From: Armatimonadota bacterium
Lineage (GTDB): Bacteria > Armatimonadota > UBA5829 > DSUL01
DNA length: 64,000 nucleotides
Assembly (NCBI GenBank): GCA_039811685.1
Contig: JBDHZC010000003.1
Location: 1 to 64,000, forward strand
Direction: 5' to 3'
Shown here: positions 10,413 to 20,573 of the stretch, piece after piece
Layout of the letters: each line of letters starts with the position of its first letter
Position numbering within the stretch: the first letter of the stretch is position 1
Notes under the pieces: model-generated
Told to the model about the DNA's origin: nothing
Seen by the model: the letters and a program-made list of their open reading frames with translations, nothing else
Databases searched by the model: none
Position numbers and translations under genes: made by a program

Positions 10413-10664
10413 TGGAGTTCGTTTCCTGTGATCTGTCTGTGGCATTGTCTCTTGTCAGTATCTACTATTCCATGCCTGAAAGATCACTCAATCTCTCATT
10501 TTTGTCTCACAGACGCCAAAGCGTGCCGCAGCCTGCCTTGAAGACGAACTTGCTTTCTGCTGGAGTTGCGGTTGCACTCCACTCTTTCCTACCTAAGTAC
10601 CTACGTTTGAGAGTCTGCCCTCGTTGCCGGGTTGAGACGCCAGAGTGGTAGGGAACGCCGTGAA

Positions 10665-11954
10665 TTACAAGCTGGAACCGAGGCCGGCGGGGCGCCAGTC
10701 CGCCAGCGTGTGCCGGCCATCTACGGGATCGAATAAACCCGCCAGTCTGGGCAGCCACTGAGCGTTAGCCGTGGGGGTAAACTGCGGAGAGTTGATCTCA
10801 ACGCCGTTGGAGGCGCCTACAGCGTTTGCAAATAGCGCTGCGTGAATACCGGAATAGCCGGGGTTGGTGAGGTCCTGCATTGTCAGCTTCATTCCGTGAG
10901 ATGCAGCCCATGCTGCTGCGACCAGAGCAAAGCTGTGCCCTTTGCACGTTTTGATGGCCAGTCCGCTCCAGCCTTGCTCCCGCGCAAGTGGCAGAATTTC
11001 CAGATCTGTCAGACCTTCATCCAGCATCACATCCTTGCGCCTGGCCACATCCCGCCAGTCAAAGGCGTGCTCCCGGATGTCTCGTGCCGTGGGCTGCTCC
11101 AGATACTGCAGGGCGCCGTAGGCGGCTGTGTCCTGACTCTGAAGAATATCCAGAAACTCTGTGACGCTTTCAGGGTCCGGGTTGGCCTCGTTGCTGTCTG
11201 CGGATATCTGCGGCTGTGGGACTCCGGCACGGCAGGCCGCCTTGTGGACATCGCTCACTCGCGAGGCGTCTTCCGCCGGATTCACACCCATGATCTTCAC
11301 TTTGAAGCAGAAGTAACCGCGCCGTCTCACCCACTCGTCAAAAAGCGCCGCGAGATCGTCATTCTTACCGAGGATCACCCATGCGGGCAGGGCCTGGTCG
11401 CGCCTTTTCAGGCTTCGCTGAATCATCTCGGCTGGATGAGCGCCCAGTGCGCTTCGCGCAGAAGGAAGCTCGCACGCCTCCCTGTAGAAGTCGAACGCTG
11501 AAAGATTCAGTGCCTGCCCTACGGCGTCGTGCAGCGCCGCGTCAAAAGGGCTTACACACATGGCGCGCGCAAGCACAGGTGGCTCTGCGTCAGGTGTTCT
11601 GTGGCATACGCTGCTGTGCAGGCGAAGTCCAAGCTCCAGCGGATGCGCCTGCTCCCCGCCGCACAAAGTCCAGAGCTGATCAGATATCTCACGCGTCAAC
11701 TCGCGGAGCCTGGCGTCCCGATGGGAGTGCGGTAGATCGGCGTGCGGCCATGCCCACAGATCGCTCAGATAGATATTGCCCCGGCCCTCCGCTTCTTTTC
11801 CGGAGGACGTGCGTACTGCGACCCGGACTCGCGCCTCCGTCAACTGCGAAATAGCTCCCGTGCTGAGCAGCAAAGGCGCATTCAGTTGCCGGTCAATGAA
11901 GTCAACCTGACTGTCGAGCACGCGGCACTCAAGGCTGCAGCCTTCAGGTCTCAA
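10665..11954 (-). CDS. Enolase superfamily (mandelate racemase/muconate lactonizing-like) enzyme
   Basis: FDAALHD, KVK, DSNE, LEQP, LDEGL, IKTCKG metal and catalytic motifs. Confidence 0.85.
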   Translation of the reverse strand: MRPEGCSLECRVLDSQVDFIDRQLNAPLLLSTGAISQLTEARVRVAVRTSSGKEAEGRGNIYLSDLWAWPHADLPHSHRDARLRELTREISDQLWTLCGGEQAHPLELGLRLHSSVCHRTPDAEPPVLARAMCVSPFDAALHDAVGQALNLSAFDFYREACELPSARSALGAHPAEMIQRSLKRRDQALPAWVILGKNDDLAALFDEWVRRRGYFCFKVKIMGVNPAEDASRVSDVHKAACRAGVPQPQISADSNEANPDPESVTEFLDILQSQDTAAYGALQYLEQPTARDIREHAFDWRDVARRKDVMLDEGLTDLEILPLAREQGWSGLAIKTCKGHSFALVAAAWAASHGMKLTMQDLTNPGYSGIHAALFANAVGASNGVEINSPQFTPTANAQWLPRLAGLFDPVDGRHTLADWRPAGLGSSL

Positions 11955-11955
11955 T

Positions 11956-12858
11956 CTAGTAGGCTGGCCCCTCAGACCTCACCCTACGCTGTTCATCGAG
12001 CTTCGCATACTCGTGCGCGTACAGATCGAGTCGCGTCATTCGTAGAAGGTCAGAGCGCAGATCGTCCACTTCCGTAATCCCGCACACTGACACGCTGGTG
12101 CGCCTGGCGTCCAGATCCACATCCGCCACCGCAATACCGGGCCGGTGGCCAGTGTCTGCAATGATCAGGCCGTCGAAGTCCACAATGCGCGCGCGCCCCG
12201 GGTTGTGCCGTCCAGCGTAAGGCGCATAGGGTGGGGCTTTAGAGTAGTTTGCTTCCACCATTGTGACGCAGTAGTCCAGCGCCCGCGCGCAAAGCTGCGT
12301 CTGCAGAGTGTACTCACTCGGCCCGTGGGACATCGTGGGGAAAAAGATAACTTCTGCGCCCTTTGCGCTCAAGATGCGCACAAGCTCTGGAAAATACAGA
12401 TCCATACACGTGATGCAGCCCACACAGCCAAAATCCAGACTAATGACGTCTATGGTATCGCCGGGAGTAACCCCGGTCTGTCTCACTTCCGCCACAGTCG
12501 GCTGCACTTTCCTGTAAAATCCCGCGATGCTTCCGTCGCGCGCGTAAAACGTGGTCTGGTTGTAAACTCGCCCTCCTTCTCTTACAGGAAAGTTAGCTGC
12601 GATGTTTATGCTGAGCTCCCGCGCCTGCTCACTCATCAACATTGAGATCGGGCCGGAAATTTCTTCCGCTGCCTCAGCCATCCTCACCGCCCCGGGTCCA
12701 AGGTTGTAGCAATTGAAGCTCTCAGGCAGCAGCGCAATATCGCACCCGCGCGCCGCCGCTTCTCCGACGTAGTCAAGCGCCTTCTCGATGTTTGCCTCAA
12801 CCGTAGTCGCAGTCTCCTCCACCAGAAAGGATACGGTTCCGATGCGCACTTTTCTCAC
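11956..12858 (-). CDS. Carbon-nitrogen hydrolase (nitrilase superfamily)
   Basis: Glu-Lys-Cys triad motifs LLPES, YRKVQ, ITCMD; GTG start overlaps upstream stop. Confidence 0.9.
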   Translation of the reverse strand: MRKVRIGTVSFLVEETATTVEANIEKALDYVGEAAARGCDIALLPESFNCYNLGPGAVRMAEAAEEISGPISMLMSEQARELSINIAANFPVREGGRVYNQTTFYARDGSIAGFYRKVQPTVAEVRQTGVTPGDTIDVISLDFGCVGCITCMDLYFPELVRILSAKGAEVIFFPTMSHGPSEYTLQTQLCARALDYCVTMVEANYSKAPPYAPYAGRHNPGRARIVDFDGLIIADTGHRPGIAVADVDLDARRTSVSVCGITEVDDLRSDLLRMTRLDLYAHEYAKLDEQRRVRSEGPAY

Positions 12859-14312
12859 GCTTTATCTCCTGCCTGCGCTGCATAGACAGCATACAGCTTG
12901 ATATCTTCCGGTCGGACACCTTCGAAATTGATGCGCACCCGCACCTCTCCAATCTCAGCAGGGACGACCTCCGCCTTCCTCCAGCGCAGTTTCTGCCTGA
13001 ATCCTGAGTCGCGCACGGACAGGCACTCATCAATGCCAAATCCAGGCGCCTCCTGAAACTCCCTGTCCAGAAGCGCTGCCCGGATGGATGCATGCTCTCC
13101 AACTCCGTCCACGTTAACGTAGATCTCAGCGTTCTCGTTCTCCAGGGCGATTGGCGCGCTGATCAAATGGCTGTCCCTGCCCGGCCCCCAGAATGGCTGG
13201 AGAAACCCGAGTCTGTCCCGCTCCCACACCGCCACACGGATTCCCGTGGAGTCATGCTCGGGCCACGAGGAGTACCAGAAAAGGGTTTCGTCTCCAATGT
13301 CTTCAAAGCCCTGACCCTGGACAATCGCCGGCATGTGCAAAGCTGTAGTGCCCTGAGGCGGTAGAGTCCATCCGTCCTCCGCTGCGCTTACGATGCGGAA
13401 ATCCGGAACTGGTTCGCGGTAGTGCAGCCCGTCGTGACTGATCACCATCCCGAGATCCATACTCACCAGTCGCCGGTCGTCCAGAAAGCTCCCATGCCAC
13501 TGTCCGTAGAAGCCAATGACAACGCTCCCGCGATTCCACAGCCCTGCTCCCAGGTGTATCTGTTCGCCATCATTTCCATAGGCCAGAGTGGCGCGAGGTG
13601 GCACACTGCTGCGCCGAAATCCGATACATGAGCTTTGCGTCCACCTGCAGAAATCGTAGGACGCATGTACATTCATCTGCCTGAAGTAGCCGTACTGCTG
13701 CCAGTTCTGCCCGGCCAGATAGTAACAATCACCCACTCGGGCAGCGCCGGACATCTCAAATGCAGGGCCGACAGGATTGCCCTCGAACTCCGTCCATCTC
13801 AAGCCGTCTTCACTGAAAGCCACTGCCAGATGGGCCTGGTATTTTGTGGATTCAAAGGCCATCTTGAAGCGTCGTGACGGGTCCGGATCGTCCGGTTCGT
13901 GCAGGATCACGCAAGCTGTGACGTGGTGCTCCACCCCCAGCAACTGGATCAGGTTATTGTCTTTCGATCCGTTGTACTCCACCAGTCCGAGTGAAGGGCG
14001 GCGCCAGTTGTAGCCATCTGTACTGAGCGCAAGGCAGACACGCTGGCGCCACTCCGGTTCATCTCCCTGACCGAGGTAGTACATCCATAGCTCCTGGCCT
14101 ACGCCGAGAACTGTCCCGTAGTAAGTCAGGCGCTCGGAGTCCGGCGCTCCTTGCGGGCCGCACTCAAGGACAATGCGTGTCGTGCCTATGCGCCGGAGGT
14201 GGCGCACCAGGTCCAGCTTAAGTCCCCGGTGAAACGGAATGCTGTAGTCGTCAAAGGCAAAGAGCGTCACTTCCTTTGAGCTGGTCACCGGTCCGCCGTT
14301 TCTTACGATCAT
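12855..14312 (-). CDS. Uncharacterised beta-propeller glycoside hydrolase-like protein (cytoplasmic paralog)
   Basis: Asp-box-like STDGYNW, SEDGLRW, SHDGLHY; RPSLGLVEYNGSKDNN; C-terminal beta-sandwich; paralog of 57457-58869. Confidence 0.65.
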   Translation of the reverse strand: MIVRNGGPVTSSKEVTLFAFDDYSIPFHRGLKLDLVRHLRRIGTTRIVLECGPQGAPDSERLTYYGTVLGVGQELWMYYLGQGDEPEWRQRVCLALSTDGYNWRRPSLGLVEYNGSKDNNLIQLLGVEHHVTACVILHEPDDPDPSRRFKMAFESTKYQAHLAVAFSEDGLRWTEFEGNPVGPAFEMSGAARVGDCYYLAGQNWQQYGYFRQMNVHASYDFCRWTQSSCIGFRRSSVPPRATLAYGNDGEQIHLGAGLWNRGSVVIGFYGQWHGSFLDDRRLVSMDLGMVISHDGLHYREPVPDFRIVSAAEDGWTLPPQGTTALHMPAIVQGQGFEDIGDETLFWYSSWPEHDSTGIRVAVWERDRLGFLQPFWGPGRDSHLISAPIALENENAEIYVNVDGVGEHASIRAALLDREFQEAPGFGIDECLSVRDSGFRQKLRWRKAEVVPAEIGEVRVRINFEGVRPEDIKLYAVYAAQAGDKA

Positions 14313-14405
14313 TGTGGTCAGTGCCTCTCTGAACAGGTGATACGTTAAAGCAGGAACAACACAGGAGTTCTATAAGCTTGAGGTATCTCCCTTCGAGCCG
14401 TTTTT

Positions 14406-15302
14406 ATGCCAGATGGTAACGCAGGCATTCTTTGCCTGACATTTGACGTTGAGCAGTGTACGAACTTTCCTCGTCGAAGCTGCGTGTGGGATTACAGGAA
14501 AGCTGAACTGGATGCGGCGACGCTATCTATGACGAGGCGACTGGCGGACGTGGCTTTAGCGTACGGTGCGCAGGCGCAGTTTTTCGTCCTGGGCGCATCG
14601 CTGGAAAACGCTGACGTTGCCTCTCTGATCGCGGAGTTGTCGGCCCACGGACACGCGATCGGAAACCACACCTACCGCCACGTGAATCTCAAGAGTCCTG
14701 ACGTCTCCGGCCTCCAGCCTGTGTATTGCACGAGCCCAGAGCTTCTGCCGCCTCACAGTCGAGTGTCAGACGTTATTGCTTGGGAGGTGCGTGAGACGTC
14801 CCGGCAAATCGCTCGTGTCACAGGCTCTTTACCGCGAATATTCCGCTCACCGGGCGGCTTTCCTGAAGGGCTGTCTGATTCGCCTGATCTTCGCGCCATT
14901 TTTCAGGAGTGTGGATTCAGTGCCGTTTCCACCCAGTACGCCTTCCCGCTGGAGGATCAACCGCGCACGCAGGACGACTTCAAATCTATCGCGAGGCGCA
15001 ACGTTCGCGATCTGCAACCTTACGCTTATCCTGGCGATCTGCTGGAGCTGCCAATGATGGGAATGAGCGACATCCACGCATTCCGCAATCTGGATCTGAG
15101 TGTGGCAGACTGGCAGGCTATCTTGATGGAAGCGCTGGATGAAGCCCTGAGCTGCCATCTCCTCTTCGCACCGATCATGCACCCCCACGTTCTGAGCGCC
15201 CGCGACCCGCAAGCCAGAGTCATTCAGGCGTTACTCCGCGAAGCCCGGCGTCGCCAGGCGCAAATTGTCACCCTGGATGCCCTCACGCCTCCCGGTAGAT
15301 AG
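14406..15302 (+). CDS. Polysaccharide deacetylase (NodB/CE4-like)
   Basis: LTFDVE, GNHTYRH, FRSPGG, MHPH motifs. Confidence 0.85.
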   Translation: MPDGNAGILCLTFDVEQCTNFPRRSCVWDYRKAELDAATLSMTRRLADVALAYGAQAQFFVLGASLENADVASLIAELSAHGHAIGNHTYRHVNLKSPDVSGLQPVYCTSPELLPPHSRVSDVIAWEVRETSRQIARVTGSLPRIFRSPGGFPEGLSDSPDLRAIFQECGFSAVSTQYAFPLEDQPRTQDDFKSIARRNVRDLQPYAYPGDLLELPMMGMSDIHAFRNLDLSVADWQAILMEALDEALSCHLLFAPIMHPHVLSARDPQARVIQALLREARRRQAQIVTLDALTPPGR

Positions 15303-15524
15303 GGTCTCCCACGGTTTTCGAGCAGACACAGCGCTCGTCAGTGCTGAGATTAGTGCGTCAGTGTAGTGGGAATAAGGGCTATACACGAATCATTGACTGT
15401 GTCACGCAGAGCGCGTTTCATTGGTAGAGCGTCTGCTTTCTATCAAGATTAGCCGCTACTGTCTCACAACAATGTTACATCAGGTGTTAACTCGTAACCG
15501 TCTGCTTATCAGGACAGAGACATG

Positions 15525-15553
15525 TTCACTTTAGCAGGCGGCTTGTATATAAT
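15525..15553 (+). promoter_or_regulatory. Sigma70-type promoter upstream of cfa
   Basis: TTCACT-N17-TATAAT. Confidence 0.55.
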
Positions 15554-15660
15554 TGTTTCATACGATGAAAGATGTCCAGCGACTCAAGCTCTGCTGTCGC
15601 GAAACTCTTTAGACGCACAGTAAGATAATCGGGTGGCTGGCTGGAGTATGCGGAGGAGCT

Positions 15661-16959
15661 ATGATCCATCGTCGTACATTCGAATCAGCAGGCACTGATC
15701 AGCAGATCAAGAATGAGTCCAAAGCCTTTCTTCTTGAGATTCTGTCCCGGACGAATCAGCGGCTGAGTGTTCGTTTCTGGGACGGTGAAGTGTGGCCGGA
15801 AAAGGGTGAGACGCCTGTCACCCTGATCCTTAACCACCCGGGGGCGTTGCGGGCGATGTTTGGCTCAGTCAATGAAGTCCACGTCGCTGAGGCGTATCTC
15901 TACGGAGACGTAGATGTTGAAGGCGACATTGAATCGCTGGTCGAGGCCGGGGCTGAGCTCGTGAGCGACCATCTACGCTGGCGGGATCTCATTCGCCTGG
16001 CGCGCACGCTTCGGCGCTTACCCGCTGAGCATGCTCCACGTGACGGCGGTCGCACGGCAGCGCATCTACACGGAAAGCAGCATTCCATCGAGCGCGACAA
16101 ATCCGCCATTCATTACCACTATGACGTCTCCAACGAATTCTTCAAGCTCTGGCTGGATGAGCGAATGGTTTATTCGTGCGCCTTCTTTCAGAGCAATGCC
16201 GACGATATCCATACAGCGCAGCGCAACAAGCTGGATTATCTGTGCAGGAAACTGCGTCTCAAACAGGGGGAACATCTTCTCGACATAGGCTGCGGCTGGG
16301 GCTCTCTGGTTTTGTGGGCGGCGAAGCAGTACGGAGTTGACGCCACTGGTATCACGCTCAGTCAGCGCCAATTTGAATACGCTCAGGAGCAGATAGCTCG
16401 CGAAGGGCTCTCTGATCGTTGTCGAGTTCTGCTTCGGGACTATCGCGAGATTGACAGCGACTTTGACAAGATTGTCAGCGTCGGCATGGTGGAGCATGTG
16501 GGCAAAGCGATGCTGCCGGAGTATTTCTCCGTTGCCTTCCGCGCCCTGAAGCCCGGAGGAGTGTTCATGAATCACGGAATCACCTGCGCTGTCGGAGCGC
16601 AGCATTCTGGGCACAACTCTTTCGTTGACCGCTACGTTTTCCCGGACGGCCAGCTGCTTCCAATCCACGAGACCCTGCACGCCGCCGAAGAAGCAGGCTT
16701 TGAAGTGCGTGACGTTGAAGACCTTCGCGAGCACTATATGATGACTTTGCGAAACTGGGTTCAGAGGCTTGAGCACGCGCACGATGAGGCCGTGCGCCAC
16801 GTGGATGAGCTTACCTACCGGGTATGGCGGCTCTATATGGCCGGTTCCGCGTACGGTTTTCGAGTCGGAAATATCGCGCTGCACCAGACGCTTCTGTCAA
16901 AACGAACTCCGCAAGGAGCGTCCACGCTGCCGTTAACGAGGGCGGACTGGTATCGCTAG
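15661..16959 (+). CDS. cfa: Cyclopropane-fatty-acyl-phospholipid synthase family methyltransferase
   Basis: HYDVSNEFF, MVYSCAFF, LLDIGCGWG, SVGMVEHVG, YVFPDG; GGAGG SD. Confidence 0.93.
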   Translation: MIHRRTFESAGTDQQIKNESKAFLLEILSRTNQRLSVRFWDGEVWPEKGETPVTLILNHPGALRAMFGSVNEVHVAEAYLYGDVDVEGDIESLVEAGAELVSDHLRWRDLIRLARTLRRLPAEHAPRDGGRTAAHLHGKQHSIERDKSAIHYHYDVSNEFFKLWLDERMVYSCAFFQSNADDIHTAQRNKLDYLCRKLRLKQGEHLLDIGCGWGSLVLWAAKQYGVDATGITLSQRQFEYAQEQIAREGLSDRCRVLLRDYREIDSDFDKIVSVGMVEHVGKAMLPEYFSVAFRALKPGGVFMNHGITCAVGAQHSGHNSFVDRYVFPDGQLLPIHETLHAAEEAGFEVRDVEDLREHYMMTLRNWVQRLEHAHDEAVRHVDELTYRVWRLYMAGSAYGFRVGNIALHQTLLSKRTPQGASTLPLTRADWYR

Positions 16960-18379
16960 GCGCCTCATCTTTCTGACTGCAGCAGCAACTCTGGCACTCT
17001 CCGGGTTTGTCTGTGGCGCACCGTCCGCATCTTCAGCCCAATACCCAATCCCCGTCGCCACTATCACCGTAGATGGAAATCTGGCTGATTGGCCCAAAGA
17101 CGCCTGGATAGAAATGACCGGGCGCTCTCAGGTGTTTGCAGCCAACTGGACGAAGGAGTTGACAGTTGTCTACCCGCCCGACCTGCAGCCAGCCCAGAAC
17201 CGTACTGAACTGGGTTTTACCTGGGATGCCATCAGCGCCGACTATCGAAAGCGCTATGCGCTGGAAGGGTGGACACCGGATCAGGTCGTGGTGACCAGCG
17301 TCGTTCCCGGCTCTGTTGCGGACAGGGCAGGTCTGAGAGAAGGAGACGTTCTCCTCACCATAGGCGATCAGAAGATTCACTGGACCTTTGAGGTGTGGGA
17401 GAAGGTCGATAAAATGCGCAACTCGAAGGGCCGGCCCGTTCGCGTCACAGTTCAGCGCGGGGGTCTGGAGTTTTACGGAGGCAAAGCGGATCTGTCCGCA
17501 CGTGTCGCTGTGGCGTGGAGTCCTGCCGCCCCGCCCAGATCAAACATGCCCACGGCGTGGCCTGATCCCGCTCAGATGCCGCCCATCGGACGCTCGAAGG
17601 CCATTGCCGCGGCTGGCACGCTCTACCTGGCGGCGCAGGTGACCGACGACGTCCATGTCCAGAATCGCCAGGGTCCGGACATGTGGCAGAACGACTGTAT
17701 TCAGATTGGGATCGATCCCACGCTGGCGCGCTCGGACGGCTACGGCGAAGATGGCCAGGAAATCGGGATGGCTTTGGTCCGCGGCAAGGCAATTGTCTAC
17801 AGATGGCACGGAAGGCAGGGGCGACCCCTTGGAATCATTTCAACCGCTCGAGCTTCAGTCGTTAGAAACGGAACCAGCACGCTGTATGAAGCGGCAATTC
17901 CGTTATCTGAGCTTGCTCCGCTTTGCCCTGCCGTGTGGCCACGCATCGGCATTGATATTGTGATAAATGACAGCGACGACGCAGCCAGCGGACGCAAGCA
18001 GTGGCTGGAGCTTGTGACAGGGGCTATGACTGCCGGCAAGAGGTTGTCAGAGTTTGCCGCGTTCGAGTTCGGCTCACCAGATGAGCATGCACCGGTGGGC
18101 GCCGCGCTGTTCTGGGAGAGACGCTCTACCCCTCAAGGTTCGCCGTGGCAGATCACGGTCGATTCTTCCACTCCTGTCAGGCTTAGAGCCGAACTCCTTT
18201 CTCCGGACAGCCCGAACTCCCAGCCGGTGATTTCTTCATGCGCATTACCTGCGGGACGCACCTCTTTGTCAATCCTTCCGGATGCGCCTGCCGGGCGCTA
18301 TCACCTCAAGCTCACTGTCCTGAGCGCCAACGGGCAAATTCTTGCTGAAGATAAGCTCTATACCTACCTCTATCCGTAG
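16952..18379 (+). CDS. Secreted CBM9/DOMON-like sugar-binding protein with inserted PDZ domain; probable non-canonical ATC start
   Basis: Frame open from 16937; upstream of ATG 17114 it encodes a signal peptide and ITVDGNLADW; PDZ motif VVPGSVADRAGLREGDVL; CBM9-like LYLAAQVTDD, WQNDCIQI, YEAAIP, INDSD. Confidence 0.75.
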   Translation: MARRLIFLTAAATLALSGFVCGAPSASSAQYPIPVATITVDGNLADWPKDAWIEMTGRSQVFAANWTKELTVVYPPDLQPAQNRTELGFTWDAISADYRKRYALEGWTPDQVVVTSVVPGSVADRAGLREGDVLLTIGDQKIHWTFEVWEKVDKMRNSKGRPVRVTVQRGGLEFYGGKADLSARVAVAWSPAAPPRSNMPTAWPDPAQMPPIGRSKAIAAAGTLYLAAQVTDDVHVQNRQGPDMWQNDCIQIGIDPTLARSDGYGEDGQEIGMALVRGKAIVYRWHGRQGRPLGIISTARASVVRNGTSTLYEAAIPLSELAPLCPAVWPRIGIDIVINDSDDAASGRKQWLELVTGAMTAGKRLSEFAAFEFGSPDEHAPVGAALFWERRSTPQGSPWQITVDSSTPVRLRAELLSPDSPNSQPVISSCALPAGRTSLSILPDAPAGRYHLKLTVLSANGQILAEDKLYTYLYP

Positions 18380-18551
18380 CTGTTTTCCTCCCCTCAGCTC
18401 CCTGAACAGGTAAAAGCCCGTAATTCTGCCAGTTTCGAGTGTATCGTCTTTGCGATCATACTGTGTACGGTCTGTGACTCTTGCTGTCTTGTGGCGGTAG
18501 TGATGTCGCAGAAACAAACACTGGGATTGAAATGAAAGGGGAGTTCTCACT

Positions 18552-19157
18552 TTGCGATTTCCAACCACATCTATTGTCGCGCTTGCCGTGATGGCGACAG
18601 CTATTTCTGGAGTGCGTGCCGGCACTTACTCATTCCAGCCAACACCTGCGGATCTGTACGACCTGGACCACTACAAGACCTATACGTGGGGTATTGATTT
18701 CACCATCCCATCGGGTGAAACCATCACTGACGCCACACTCACAATCAAGAATATCAATAACTGGAAATATGAGCCCAACGCCAACTGGCTCTACATCCGG
18801 CTTCAGGACAATCCGCCTCTGGGAGTCGTGCAGGGAACGGACAACCAGGCTTCAGGCGACGCTTTTGCGGGCACTGGAACGTTGGTTGCTGTCTATACCG
18901 ATAACAGCACCAAAGTCGAGACTCTGAACTACAAGTTTGGACCGCTTGGGCTTTTGCCAACGCTGAACAACTATGCCGCTGACGGGAGATTCGGTTTCAG
19001 CTTTGATCCCGATTGCCACTATTTCAACGACGGCATCAAGTTCACCCTGACCACAAAGCCCACACCGCAGACACCCGTCCCCGAGCCGGTATCAATGGCT
19101 CTAACCAGTCTGGGTCTTGGAGCGCTGGGTCTGATCCGAAAGGGTCGCAAGGCCTGA
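18552..19157 (+). CDS. PEP-CTERM sorting-signal protein
   Basis: Signal peptide; C-terminal PVPEP, hydrophobic segment and basic tail RKGRKA. Confidence 0.9.
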   Translation: MRFPTTSIVALAVMATAISGVRAGTYSFQPTPADLYDLDHYKTYTWGIDFTIPSGETITDATLTIKNINNWKYEPNANWLYIRLQDNPPLGVVQGTDNQASGDAFAGTGTLVAVYTDNSTKVETLNYKFGPLGLLPTLNNYAADGRFGFSFDPDCHYFNDGIKFTLTTKPTPQTPVPEPVSMALTSLGLGALGLIRKGRKA

Positions 19158-19224
19158 TAAAGCCTTCCGCTGATTGAGCGTTATCGCAAAGACGCGAATC
19201 CTCGCTTGAGTTTTCAGTTGTCTT

Positions 19225-19257
19225 GGGGCACAGCCGCAGCCTGTGCCCCTTTTCTTT
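19225..19257 (+). terminator. Intrinsic terminator
   Basis: GGGGCACAG/CTGTGCCCC stem with T-rich tail. Confidence 0.75.
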
Positions 19258-19406
19258 GTCTTGCCGGCAATCCAACGGGCGTGACTGGATACACGTGCGG
19301 CGCTGGTAACCGTGGGCAACCGCTGCCTGGGCCGTCGTTCACAGCGTATTGTGATAACATCCTTGTGGTGGGCAATGCCCCCGTACTTTCTCACTGGAGC
19401 AAGTCA

Positions 19407-19616
19407 ATGGCCCAGACTCTGCAATTCAAAGTTCCGGACATCTCGTGCGCAGGGTGCGCCAATGCCGTCAAGTCAGCGCTTGGTGAGCTTCCCGGTGTTC
19501 TTGACGTTCAGGTGGATGTTGACAGCAAGACCGTGAATGTCAGCCACTCTGAAGCGTCCAGCAGGACAGATATGGTTGGCGCACTCACAGAAGCTGGGTA
19601 TCCTCCGGCCGCCTAG
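19407..19616 (+). CDS. Heavy-metal-associated (CopZ-like) chaperone
   Basis: 69 aa; VPDISCAGC metal motif, C-terminal EAGY; GGAG SD before ATG 19407. Confidence 0.88.
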   Translation: MAQTLQFKVPDISCAGCANAVKSALGELPGVLDVQVDVDSKTVNVSHSEASSRTDMVGALTEAGYPPAA

Positions 19617-19694
19617 CTCCTCTGACCAATTCGCGCCACTCAGACTGGGGCGCTCTACCTCCTTAGATGCCGCGCTTGATCGGCGCCTTGACCA

Positions 19695-20573
19695 GTGCAG
19701 CCAGAGCAGGGGCGCATCAGCCCGTTCTTCCGTCACAATGTGTGCGTGGGCCTTTCCGAGCAAAATCCGCGCACTCCCAAACTCGGGATGTTCTCCTGGT
19801 TTGGGCTGAAGCTGCCTCTCAAAGAACGCCTGCAACTCATCAGGGATGCAGGATTTGAAGCCACGACGCTCTGGTGGGGAGTAGAGCGTTCGGACAACGC
19901 TGAAACGCTTGGCGAAGCGCCCGCCATCGTGCGCGATCTTGGTCTATATCTGGAGAATATCCACGTCCCCTACGACGGTTGCGCTGATATATGGAGTGAC
20001 AGCGCAACCACCAGGGCTCATATTGCCGGGCGCTACCTCCGCTGGATCGAAGACTGCCACACTCACGCCATTCCAGTCCTTGTCACGCACATCAGCCGCA
20101 CGCCGTCCGCCCCGGGACCGACCGCTGCCGGATTGGCGCTCATAAGCGATCTGCTTGAGAATGCCAGACAGGCCGGAGTTGTGATAGCCATCGAGAATAC
20201 GCGCCGCGCAGACTACCTGCAGGCTATCTTCACAGAGCTGGATTCTGCTGCGCTTGGCTTCTGCTTCGACACTTCACACAACTGGCTTTGGACAAAAGAG
20301 GCTCGCTTACTCCGTGATTTCGGGTCCCGTCTTGCCTGCGTGCACCTCTCGGACACTGTCGGCGCGCTCGATCGGCACTGGCTGCCAGGTGAAGGCGCTG
20401 TTGACTGGAAGGCTGTCGCCGCGGACTTTCCACGTCCGTATCACGGATGCCTGACGCTTGAAGTAGCTCCAAAAGACCGCCGTCACACAGACGCTGCGGC
20501 TTTCGTGCGCCGCGCGTACCAGCAGGCGATATGGGTAAGAGACAGTGTTGCTTGTCCTGTCAGCGCTCTCTGA
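19695..20573 (+). CDS. Sugar phosphate isomerase/epimerase (AP endonuclease 2 / xylose isomerase-like TIM barrel)
   Basis: AIEN, CFDTSH, VHLSD, HWLPGEGAVDW, TLEV motifs; true start uncertain, possibly 19746. Confidence 0.85.
   Translation: MQPEQGRISPFFRHNVCVGLSEQNPRTPKLGMFSWFGLKLPLKERLQLIRDAGFEATTLWWGVERSDNAETLGEAPAIVRDLGLYLENIHVPYDGCADIWSDSATTRAHIAGRYLRWIEDCHTHAIPVLVTHISRTPSAPGPTAAGLALISDLLENARQAGVVIAIENTRRADYLQAIFTELDSAALGFCFDTSHNWLWTKEARLLRDFGSRLACVHLSDTVGALDRHWLPGEGAVDWKAVAADFPRPYHGCLTLEVAPKDRRHTDAAAFVRRAYQQAIWVRDSVACPVSAL

Noticed and set aside
15408..15450. tRNA-like fragment (TTGGTAGAGCGTCTGCTTTC)
   Set aside because: Resembles a D-arm, but the anticodon stem pairs poorly and there is no T-arm or acceptor stem
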